NCBI GenBank assembly: GCA_003971905.1
Contig: RSEE01000144.1
Location: 1 to 64,000 of the forward strand
DNA from: Moniliella sp. 'wahieum'
Taxonomy: Eukaryota
Direction of reading: 5' to 3'
DNA length: 64,000 nt
Position 1 is the first letter of the stretch. Each line of letters opens with the position of its first letter. Below are positions 13,484-23,974 of this stretch, in pieces. The position numbers and the translations under genes are program-made. The notes beneath the pieces were generated by a model that was given only the letters and a program-made list of their open reading frames with translations, ran no database searches and was not told the DNA's origin.

Positions 13484-14899
13484 ATGTCTACCTTCAATGT
13501 CGTCTACATCTCTGCTGGCAACATCATGTTTGGCACGGAGGTGCGTCCCCCCCCTCTTTGCTCTGACACTGGCTGAGCTGTCGTCTGACATGTGGACAGA
13601 GGGGCCTTGGAACCACTCGATCCGGCTGGAACGCAAGCTCGGCGACCGCCTGCGCGTCGTCGCTCTGATCGACCCAGCCACAGAGCTGGCCCAGAAGAAG
13701 ATTGACACCAAGCGTGCCAACAAGGAGAAGACTGTGGCTGCGGCGTATGCCAACACGGCCATCTTCCCTTCCTTTGACGCCTACATCCAGTCGGGCGCGG
13801 CCGAGAAAAACAAACCAGAGTACGTGTTGTTCGTTGTTTCTGCTTGTGTAAATATGTACCTGTACCTGTACCTATCTGTACACGTACCTGTACCTGTACA
13901 TGCGAAGGGGCTTTGTTGTGGTTGTGGTTGTGGTTGTGGTTGTGGTTGTGGTTGTGGTTGTGGTTGTGCAGAGCCAAGTTGGATGCGAACTAACGTGCGA
14001 ACCCTTTGACAGCGCGGTCTGGATTGGTGCGCCGCCCGCGTTCCGAGGCCGTACCGAGCCGGGCCGGAACATTGAGCAGCTGGTCATGGCAGCGTTTCCC
14101 AATGTGGGCATCTTTATCGAGAAGCCCGTGTCGACGGGACCGGTGGACCAAGCGCTTACCGTTGCGGACCAGCTCGAGGCCTACCCCGGTCCCGGGGGTG
14201 GGGTACATGTTGCGGTACCTCAAGGTGGTGCAGAAGATGAAATCGATTCTGGAGGAGAACAAATTAAAGGTGATGGCGACGAATGCGCGGTACGTGATGG
14301 CGTATGAGCACACGGCCAAGCCGGCGTGGTGGGACAAGAGCAAAGATCTAGGTCCGATCATTGAACAAGCCACGCACTTTTGTGATTTGAGTCGCTACTT
14401 TGGTGGGGACGTGGTGTTGGATTCGATTCTGGCCACCGCGTTAGAATTTGATGAAGCGCCAGGCCACCTGTCCAAGGTGCCCGTCGACGAGAGTGTCATC
14501 CCGCCGGAGAACCGGATTCCTCGGGTGACAGCGGCCAATTGGACCTACACCTCGGGCGCAGTGGGCAGCCTAATGCACTGCGTTGCCCTGCAAGGTACCG
14601 AGTACCAAACTGAACTGGACGTGTGGGCCGATGGGTACTCGTTGCGCCTCGTCGACCCGTACAACGATCCTACCCTCTACGTCCGCTCGCCCGGCTCGGA
14701 CAAGGAGCAAGTGTTCCGCTACGAAGACGATCCGTTCTATACCGAGGTGTCCCACTTGATTGACGATATTGAGAAGCCCGGCTCGGCACCGATCCTGTCC
14801 ACGTTCAAGGATGCGGCCAAGACGTACGAATTCACTTGGGCCATCCGTCGCGCGTCGGAAAAGTCGACGGCAGAGCGCCGGGCCAAGCGCGCGGCGTAA
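13484..14899 (+). CDS. Gfo/Idh/MocA family NAD(P)-binding oxidoreductase (yeast YMR315W-like)
   Basis: MSTFNVVYISAGNIMFG / EGPWNHSIRLERKLGDRLRVVALIDP, FIEKPV, VGYMLRY, GPIIEQATHFCDLSRYFGGDV, DAAKTYEFTWAIR. Introns at ~13541-13599 and ~13820-14032. Confidence 0.9.
13915..13968. repeat. (GTTGTG)n intronic microsatellite, with adjacent degenerate (TGTACC)n
   Basis: About 9 perfect units inside intron 2 of the oxidoreductase. Confidence 0.95.
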
Positions 14900-15234
14900 A
14901 GCACGTTGAGTCCCAGATTACATGTCACAGCAGAGGGTCCAAGTCCTGCCTTCCATGGATACACTTGGGCCGTCCACTTCCCCCGGATTATCCACGCTCG
15001 CCAGCAATGAAATCAGCGTTGATCGTATTACTTCTTAACCACGTTCTGTGGCCTTACTTGCCCCTGGTACCCCAGCGGGGGGGCACAGCCGTACTGCTCG
15101 CCCACTTGTCCGGCACTCGTACAACGTAGCCTCGAGAGGATCGTAGTGCAGACGCGATGTAGCCATTCCCCTACGGATTCGTTGTTGAGCCTCCCTCGGA
15201 TCGACAGGTCGGATTGGATCGAATCAGTCGTTTG

Positions 15235-15672
15235 CTAGTCGGCTTGGACTTGTAGCAACGAAGCTCTCGCCCCAGCTGTCCATATTGAAAGTAACCAGTC
15301 CCTCGCCGCTGCAAAGGTACCAACCCCCGGCCCCGCAGTCTTGAAGCAGAAGAGGAAATTCAGACTTGTGGTGAAAGTGGCGGAGGCAGAATACCGAACC
15401 CCACAGACATGCAGGAGGAATGGTGCACTGGGGGCAACCTGTAACGGTGTGGCCTCCCGGGCGATGACAACCTCGCCCGACGGGGGCACAAAGGGGAGCC
15501 TGCCCTCTGGCTCGTCAGGCAAGGGGACCAGGTGTAGGCCCGAAGCACGAGCTTCGTACCCAAGAGGCGTCCTCCCCTCTGCCTTCCTAGCGATAGCGTT
15601 CCTAAGCTGAGTCCTGGAGAAGGCGGCGCTGAGGGTGGACGTAGGACAAGACGATTGGTCGCTTGCCTCCAT
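15235..15672 (-). CDS. Possible small orphan ORF (145 aa)
   Basis: True ATG at 15672 and TATATAAA about 25 nt upstream on the minus strand. Contains one copy of the 58-bp duplication. No homology recognised. Confidence 0.25.
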   Translation of the reverse strand: MEASDQSSCPTSTLSAAFSRTQLRNAIARKAEGRTPLGYEARASGLHLVPLPDEPEGRLPFVPPSGEVVIAREATPLQVAPSAPFLLHVCGVRYSASATFTTSLNFLFCFKTAGPGVGTFAAARDWLLSIWTAGARASLLQVQAD

Positions 15673-15965
15673 GCATTCTTAGTACAGAGCGGGTCTTTAT
15701 ATAGGCAGGCAAAGGCCCGCAAGTCGTACAATAGACAAGCGGCCTGACTGTGGTCTGTTGGAGACCACGCGGCTGATGGCTCCCGCCGATCTGCACGCGC
15801 GGAACATCGGCGATCGAACTGATTAGAAGCCAAGAGCGAACGATAAGCAGCGGCGGCGCCAACGGAAATATTTCCGGTGGCTGTGCTGCGCATCGCCCCG
15901 TGACATTAGGCAGAATACCGAACCCCACAGACATGCAGGAGGAATGGTGCACTGGGGGCAACCTG
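15384..15965. repeat. Exact 58-bp direct repeat (15384-15441 and 15908-15965)
   Basis: AGGCAGAATACCGAACCCCACAGACATGCAGGAGGAATGGTGCACTGGGGGCAACCTG occurs twice, 524 bp apart. Confidence 0.95.
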
Positions 15966-16625
15966 AGCATTTCGTCAATTTCATCGCCTTCCTCATCTAG
16001 TATCTACCCTCGACTGGTGTCGAAAGTGGCTGGAGAACTTTGGCGCCCGGAAGGTGGGGCGGGAAGCACACCCACGAACCAGGTTGGCTTCGTCCTAGTT
16101 TTAGAGCCGGTTTCGCACTGTCTCCAGCCCAGCAGTTGAAATGCATTCGCTTTCCACATGCTGGGCCACGGTCGGATCTGCAACACAGGTCCCACCAGCC
16201 GGCCCTCAGTCGTACAGTCATACTCTACCGGTTCCTATCTCGCTGCTTTCACCACGCATGCCAACCACTAGGCGGCGTCAAGCTTCAAGTCTGGGAGCCC
16301 CGCTTGAGGAGGAATAAGAGGACGTTTGATTTTGGAAGGCATAAGGGCGACGTGATCGCAAATACGAGAACCATAAGCGAGGGAGGAAGGGGGCGGGGAG
16401 CGCCAGACAGCTTACCCCAGAAAAAAAGTGCTATCGAGAATGGCAATCAAGTACAGGAGCAAGGCACGTCCAAAGCCATACGTCTGCACATGACCCCATC
16501 CTATCCAATCCAATCCCATCCCATCTCATCCAATCCATGTACTGTGCGAGGTGGGCGAAACGGCTCGACCATCGCGCTCCCCGGGTGGCGCGGTGCCAGT
16601 GCGACACAACGCACGGGACATGCAC

Positions 16626-17209
16626 TTAGGCCGACTCGGCAAACGAGAAGACGACGTTCTTGCCCGTCAGCTGCTTGTACACGGCGCTGAAGGTCTCAGT
16701 CTTGTACTCGAGGGCAGTAATGTCCTTGGCGTCGAGGAAGCACTTGATGAGTTTGGATCCGTCAACGGCAAAGCGGGTGCGGCGCGCGACAATGTCCGAG
16801 GGAAAGACAAGTCCTCGAGGATAGCATCGTGCACGGCGGTGAGGGTGCGGGACCGCGGGCGGGGCTGTTTGGTGCCCTCGGCGCGAGCGGGCTTACGAAG
16901 AATGCGGCGTTGGCCTACAAAGATCACGTGGCGGTCGGAGAACTTCTTTTCGAGTTCGCGCGTGAGCCGGGCCTGGATCTTGTGGTACGCCTTGAGCTGC
17001 GGCATGGGCACAAAGATGACAATGGCCTTTTTGCCGCTCTTGACTTCCACCTCCTTGACCGACGAGATCTGCAAAGGACGCAGCTCGGCCGTCAACTCCG
17101 CCACGCTGCTCTCCAAGTCCAACAGGGCCTGCGCGACCGACGTTTCGATCTCCGAGGGCGGCGTGGTAGGCGCGTTGGCCGAGCGGAAAATCTTGGTGGC
17201 GACCGACAT
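16626..17209 (-). CDS. RPS7: 40S ribosomal protein S7 (eS7), intronless, one apparent indel near 16810
   Basis: [14 protein letters not shown]...[10 protein letters not shown]...[17 protein letters not shown]...[18 protein letters not shown]. After a one-base shift it continues [12 protein letters not shown]...[19 protein letters not shown] to TAA. Confidence 0.97.
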
Positions 17210-18061
17210 GACGACTAGAGCAGAACCAAGGGGTCCAGGGTCAGCCAACTGCCCTGTCCGCATGGTCGGTCCAAACGAGGGAGGGTCTTCAGCTCTGGGG
17301 CCGGGCAGCAAGCGTGCGTGAGCATGCTTCCGCGCGGGGCACGGAGCACAAGGCACGCTGCGCCCGGCGCAGCCCTCGACGTTGTTCCATGCAGAAAAGG
17401 ACTTACCACAGGTGGATGGGGGCTGGAGGACAACAAACCGACTGCCAGGCTCGCATTCCCCAGGTGGAGCCAGTCGGCACAGCAAGCCGGAAAGCGAGAG
17501 GCGGAATAACGCCCCCCGCACGGTAACACTGTGCCCCGCCGCAGCTCGGCGTAATCGTATGGTTAGGGTTGGCGCGTCCCTTGCCACGCGCTGGGACGAC
17601 ACTTGCAAGTTTCCTTGGTTGCAACTGCAAGAATCACATGTCACATGTCACACTCGAATACGTAAGCACATCGCCGCCGCCAGCCTCAAGTGTCGCGTGG
17701 ACGTGACGCGTATACGACCTCTGTGTTGCTCCACCGCCAACCGCATTTAACCCGTCTTTTACCCATGTCAGACGTACGTCGCCGTTTTTTCTACAGCGAC
17801 ATGGCGAACTGACTATCTTGCTTGCCCATACCACACTACCTACCCACCGCGCGCTTGCCAACTAGCGTGTCTGCCAGCGCTGCCAGGAACCTGGCCACAC
17901 ACTCAAAACATGCCCGCACCCGATTGCGTCTTTGAACGAGGATCCCAAGCCTGACGCCCCCCTCAAGCCTCAGGTCCTGCACCTGTCGTTTCCAACGCCA
18001 AACCAGGCAACACTGTACGTTCGCGCTCTCCCTTTTCCTGTCTCCCTGGCTCCTTCGCCCT

Positions 18062-18132
18062 CATCCACGCATCCACGCATTCCCGCATCCACGCATTCCC
18101 GCATCCACGCATTCCCGCATCCACGCATCCAC
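18062..18132. repeat. Tandem repeat of alternating 8-mers GCATCCAC/GCATTCCC
   Basis: Visible tandem array in intergenic DNA. Confidence 0.9.
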
Positions 18133-19003
18133 TGACCCAGCCACGTAGCCTGCCCTTCGCCGCAGCTGCATTCGGTGCATGAAGTTTGGCCATACCTCGG
18201 CCACGTGCCCCATCCGGTTGAGAGCTTCTTTGGAATTGCTCTCGGACCGAAACCGGCCCCATCGGCCCCGATTGCGACGAAAATGGTCGGCACCGGATCC
18301 CGCTCGAGATCATTCTGGATCCTACTCTTCCTGACCCGTGCTAAACGCTGAACCGCTGAACGCTGAACGTGCTGAACGTTGAACGTTCAACGCTGCGCGT
18401 TGGGTCGTTGGCGTTGGATTGAGCACGCATGTGATTTTGTTTTCCCTGGTTTTCCTGTACGTGGCGTCTTTCGTCGACATTTCACTTGAGGCCTGAGGGT
18501 CGTGGACTTTGATCAATCCGTAAGCATTGTCCAGTGGTTGTGTAGGGTGGAGAGAACGAGGTGGCACGACGAAGGAGCGTGGGGTGAGCAACGTGTACCT
18601 GGTTCGTGCTAGTAGCCGGCCAACGCAATCATTAATCACACAGGTTCGATCGGATGATGTATGTGTTGACCGGGAGGTCCGAGGGCCAATCACCTCTAAG
18701 CCACATTGACCTGGTCCCTTCTCACACATCAAACGCGCTGAACGCGCATTCGATCGGACTCGCTCGGGCCTCAGACTGGTCTAGCGCCCGAGCCGTTCTT
18801 CTCCTTCTTCTTCTTCTTCTCCTCTTATTCTTCCTGTCCTGGGCCTAGTCCCGCATCCTGTCTTCGAACCATCACCTTCAGCCTCTGTTGTCCATCAGAT
18901 TTGCTGGGAGACGTAGGCCATAGTATGAACGTATGAACGTAGGAACCGCTGAAGCTGAAGGTTGACTTCAACTTGAAGCTTGTGAATATATGCATGTGAA
19001 TCT

Positions 19004-19036
19004 TGAAGCTTGAAGCTTGAAGCTTGAAGCTTGAAG
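19004..19036. repeat. (TGAAGCT)n heptamer array, member of the dispersed T[CG]A-N4 family
   Basis: TGA at 19004, 19011, 19018, 19025 and 19032, each separated by AGCT. Confidence 0.95.
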
Positions 19037-19718
19037 TCGCTTCAAGCAAGCTTCACTAGCTTCACTAGAGTTATCCATTCAGCCTGGGTGCCTGACAACC
19101 CGTCCGTGGAACCATGCGGCACATGCTCGTTCGGAGAGATTGGGATGCGGGGCGCACATGCCGGCATGCAGTGCACCACCCTCCAGCACACCCGATCGCG
19201 ACAGGAAGGGGATGCGTCTGTGTCTGCTGGGTGGCATCGGCTGGGTCCTGGCTGGTGGTGCGCCAGCGTGGCGCCAAACACGCGGTTGTCGCACACGCCC
19301 AACGCCCCACCGCCCGCCCCCTGCCCCCGTAGCAGCAGGCAGCAGCGCGGCGGGGGACAGCCACCGGAGCGTGTCTGGCCACTGGGTGTGTGTGGGACGG
19401 GGGCGGCGGGGGCGTGCTCTCGTGGCAGGGGACCAGTGCACTGCGTATACCCTGGCAGCTCGGCCTCCCAGCACCGATGCCGCATCCGGCAACACCCTCG
19501 CCCTGCTCCCACGGGGGCAGCCTTGAAATCGACGGCCGACCAGCCGATCATGCACTGGCGCCGTGCCCGCGCGCCGCCGCCGCAGACGTGGCACCCCGCC
19601 CGTGTGCGGCACCACTTGACGTGGCCGGGCGCCGCACACACACTGCTGCCGTGCCGGCGCGGTGGAGCAGCACACGGCCGGAATGGGCTGCCGGTCCAAG
19701 CCCAGAGGTGGCAGTGGG

Positions 19719-19726
19719 TATATAAT
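19719..19726 (+). promoter_or_regulatory. Probable TATA box of the GH128 gene
   Basis: TATATAAT in very GC-rich context, followed by a CT-rich leader and an ATG at 19956. Confidence 0.55.
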
Positions 19727-19955
19727 CCCCCCTCCCCGCCGCCCTCGCTGGGCGAACCCCCCCACCCACACCGCTCCCTCTCTCTCTCCCCTTCACCCAC
19801 CCTCCGCACGGCTCGACGCTGTCGCCGCTGAAAGCAGGTTCTTTCCAGCGCACCCCCCTCCACGCACTCTCTCATCTCTCTCTCACGTTACACACGCCCC
19901 ACTTCGGCACTTGCCCGCTCCACCTCCTTTTCCTTTTTTTCGCCTTCTCTTCACA

Positions 19956-21312
19956 ATGCAGCTCTTCCGCCTTCTCGCTACTGCCCTCGTCGCTGGCTCG
20001 ACGATGGTAGCTGCCTCCACCCCGAACCAGGCTGGCCTTGTCGCCCATCCGGCCCACCTCCACGCCCGTCGGGACCACCACCGCGCTCACGCCGGCATCG
20101 CGCGCCACGTCCGCCGCCAACGCAAGTGCAGCAAGAAGCATCCCGCCTCGAGCTCGACCGGTGCGGACTCATCGTCCTCGGGCTCGGATTCGGGTTCGGG
20201 CTCCGGTTCAGCCTCGGCCCAGCCCACTCCGTCTTCCGCTTCGTCCCCGCTGCGTCCTCTAACGTACCTCGCAAGTCGGCCCAGTCGTCGCAGGCTAGCC
20301 TGTACCGTCACGGCTCCTCGTCCTCGTCTCGCTCGGCTAGCGCATCCCCCACCTCGAGTGCCTCCAGCTCTGGCTCGTCCAGCTCGGGCTCCTCTGGTTC
20401 GGGCTCGTCTAGCTCTGGCTCGTCGGGCGCCGGTCTGGATGTGCAGAAGAACGGTCTTGCGTGGCCGAACGGTCCTTGGGTCAACATTCAGCCGTACAAG
20501 AAGACGATGGGCTGGCTGTACTCGTGGGACGCCTATCCTGCCACGGGCAACCCGAGTGCATCGGCCTTTGTTCCGGAATCGATCAAGTTTTTCCCCATGC
20601 TCTGGAGCAATGCTGGTTCGCGCATTTCCAACTGGAAAAAGTACGTGCTGAATGACCGTAACGCTGCGCAAAACAGTGCCAAGGTCGCCATGGGGCCCAA
20701 TGAGGTCAACCAGGCCGGTCAGGGCGAGATGAGCGTGGGCGATGCGTGCAATTTGTTCCGGCAGTACATTGTGCCGTTGAAAGACCAGGATGGCTGGTCC
20801 ATCATTGGTGCTTCGACCAACGGTGCGCCGGACGGAATTGACTGGATGAACAATTTTAAGTCCCAGTGCAGCGATTGTGGAACAAGGTGCGTTCGCTTTC
20901 TCCCTTGCTTGGTTCCATCTGATCGATCGGATGCCTAGCGGGGCTATTGTAAGGGTGTTACCAGAAACTAACAGTTGATTGGATGGATTAGGTTGACGCG
21001 GACAGTCTGCACTTTTACGGTACCGACCCGCAAAAGGCCATCGCCTACTTTGAAAAGTGGCACACCACATTTGGCAAGCCCCTGTTTATTACCGAGACGG
21101 CGTGTATGAACTACGATGGCACGGCGCGCCCTCGCTGGGCCAGGCCTACAACTATGTCAAGGAAGTCAACAACTGGGCCCACTCGGCCAGCTACGTCAAG
21201 GGCATCGCCTTTTACGGTGTGATGGAGCAGATTAACATCAACAGTGTCAATCGTCTCTCTTCTTCCAGTGGCCCCCACCGACCTGTTCAACTTTTGGATC
21301 AACAACTCTTGA
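19956..21312 (+). CDS. Secreted glycoside hydrolase family 128 (Asl1-like beta-1,3-glucanase)
   Basis: Signal peptide MQLFRLLATALVAGSTMVAA, Ser-rich linker, GLAWPNG, WLYSW, FFPMLW, catalytic GPNE, SLHFYGTD, FGKPLFITE. Intron at ~20887-20991. Several indels. Confidence 0.88.
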
Positions 21313-22479
21313 TCCACCTCAAGCTCGTCGAATCGTCGTGCTATGGCTGTCAGTTTTTGTTGAGTCGACGCTGGTTTCGTCCGATTCAACACGGCCATCT
21401 CTTTTCCCCCCTCCCCCGTCCCCCCTCTCTCTTTCTCGGCGTTCATCTGCCCCCTGCACTTTCTCTTTGTACTCTGTACTACCTCTCTCTACGTTGCTTT
21501 GGAAATGGAGGGTATCCCGTGTGACATGTAAAGAAGCGATGCCTACGCACGATGCAGTGTTCTTTTCTCACAGTCCTATTGTTGGTTGTTGGTGACATGA
21601 GTTTCACGTTGATCGATGGACACTCTGTTAGTTTGCGGGCGTAGTAAAGCGCATGTAGACAAAATCCCTCCGCATCAGCGGTTGGATGTACCTTGCCGTT
21701 TTGTTGTGCACGATCATCGATGTTCTAACTGATACCGTCAATGCAGGCGTGTCGATCGTGTTGGTAGGCTGCCAGTGTTACTAGTTGCTAGATACTGGGG
21801 AGGGCTGCTACTGGAAGCTGAGCTTGGCTTGCTTCAGCTTCACTGCCCTATTCCAACTGTCGGTGAGTTGGGCTTGATTCCCAGCATCTGACATTCTCAG
21901 GCTTCTCGACAGCGCCTGAGCCTGAGCCGGAGCCGGAGAGCCGTCGGCTGCCTGTTCCCCACGCCACTGGCCAGCGTGGCGGGTGACCGCACTAATGATC
22001 GGTGATGGGCTCTGGCCCCAGTGTGCAAGGAAACGCGCATCACGTGCAGCACGCGTCAGCGCAGTGCTGTGGCTGGGGTCATGCATCATGCATCATGCAT
22101 GGCGCTGCACTCGGACGGCAGTGGCGCCGTGCCGCGCGCGCGGATCGAGCGGCGCGCGCGGGGGAGGGGGCAGTGTGGGCGCGGTGCACGCCGTCTGTGC
22201 TGGTGCGGGCGCGTGCGGATGGGGCGGCGGGGCGGCGGGGCAGGACAGCAGTGTGGCAGCAGGCGGCCTCGCGCGCGCTGCGCCGCCCGCCCGTGCGGCA
22301 GGCCGTGTCTGGGGATGCAGGATGCGCCGGCAGGCCGTGACGCGTGACGGGGGGTGACCAGTGAGCTAGTGACGAGCCGCTGGGGAGCCATCCAGTCCCT
22401 ATCCAGTCCGCCTGCACCCGCCAGACATTCTGCGCTGCCTCGCCTGCGCCGCTGCTTGCCCACCACCTCCTTCCTCCCC

Positions 22480-23247
22480 ATGGGCAACTGGCTCACACGC
22501 AAGCTGCGCCCCAAGGCGCCTCCCGCCGACACCACCGCCACCGCCACCGCCACCACCCAACAGCCCTCCGCCGCCAGCCCCGCCCCCCCCCGCTGCGGCC
22601 CCCTCCATCACCACCACCCCTCCCGAGCCCTCTGCCGCCGCCACCGCCACCGCCACCGCCGCCGCCACGCCTCAGCCCGACCCCCCCGCCTCGGCACTGC
22701 CCAAATCGCCCAGCACCTACAGCGCCCTCCGCGCCCCCTTTATCCCTCGTTTCCGCAACCGCAGCCGCAGTCGCGCAGCCACCCACCGGCCACTGCCGCC
22801 TCAGCCCGCAGCCACGGAGACCAAGCCCGCCTCCGCTACCGCTGACGGCTCCAAAGACAAAGTCTCGGCGGCCTCAGCCACGTCGCCACCATCTACCGCC
22901 AATGGCGGCCCGCAGTCGCCACTTTTGTCCAGCAGCAGCCACGAGGGCCCACCAGCGTCTCTTGACCAGACCCAGGTGCAGGCGCCCGAGCAGCTGCAGG
23001 CGCAGACGCAGCCGCAAAAGCAAGACCAGAGCGATCTGTTCCAGTTTGGGTTTGGCGGGGCACCCGAGGGTCTCGCATCCAGCTTGGTCATCCCCAAAAC
23101 GGGGGCCCATGTCCGGCCCAGCACACCACCGCAGCTAGGGGAGTTGCCCTCGGTCCGTCCCCTCTCGACGGACGAGTTGATGGCCCAATGGTCCAAGCAG
23201 GCCAACGCCAACGCTAACGGCACCGCGGCCCCGTGCAGGCATTGTGA
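22480..23247 (+). CDS. Hypothetical Ala/Pro/Gln-rich protein
   Basis: ATG at 22480 (MGNWLTRKLRPKAPP), low-complexity body, C-terminal DLFQFGFGG...RPLSTDELMAQWSKQA. A CT-rich 3' region follows. Frameshifted. Confidence 0.45.
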
Positions 23248-23974
23248 CCTTCCCCCGGTCTTGGCCCCTCTGCGGAGGAGACACATTCGATACCCCCTTG
23301 CTATCTTCCTCCCCTTTGCCCCCTCCCCCCCCCCTGCCCGATTCCCCTCTACCTCTTGCCTCTTTCATCCCACCGCGCTGTAGTAGGGCTTACCCCCGCT
23401 TCTTCCCTCTGCCTGCCTCCGTGGTGTGGTTACACCCCGTCCTCTCTACTCCAGCCGGCCCGTCATCCTACCCACCCCAGCCTCTCTCTCTTCTCTGACG
23501 TTCTGTGCCTGGCTTGTCCTGTGTCTGCGTGTCTGTCTTGACGTTTTGTTTTGCGGGCACTACTCTCGTTGCTGCTTTGGAAAATACACACTGCACGCCC
23601 TGTGGATGGGTGTGGGTGGGCCGCATGTAGTTGTGGACAAACGACGCAGGTGGGACAGACGGGACAGGTGGGATAGGTGGGACAGGTGGGACGCGACGGC
23701 GGATGCGCGGCTGGCTGCAGCTGCTGCCCGGCGCTCATTAACATTGGCTAATTGGCTAATGCAGAGGTGCGATGCAGTGCCTGCGGAAAATCGAAAACCA
23801 GCGGCGGAAAAGGCAACTGCGGGTATACTACGACCCCTACTCCACCTGCTACTACTACTGCTACTGCTAGTGCGGCTGCGCCACTGCCACCACCATCATC
23901 ACCATCACCGCCTCCCCTTCACCTCTCTGCCACGCTGCCCTTCGCTATTTCATTCCCTGGCCACACTTCCGCTC

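Noticed and set aside
15384..15965. CRISPR array or LTR retroelement
   Set aside because: Only two repeat copies in eukaryotic context, with no TG..CA termini and no gag/pol or cas ORFs.
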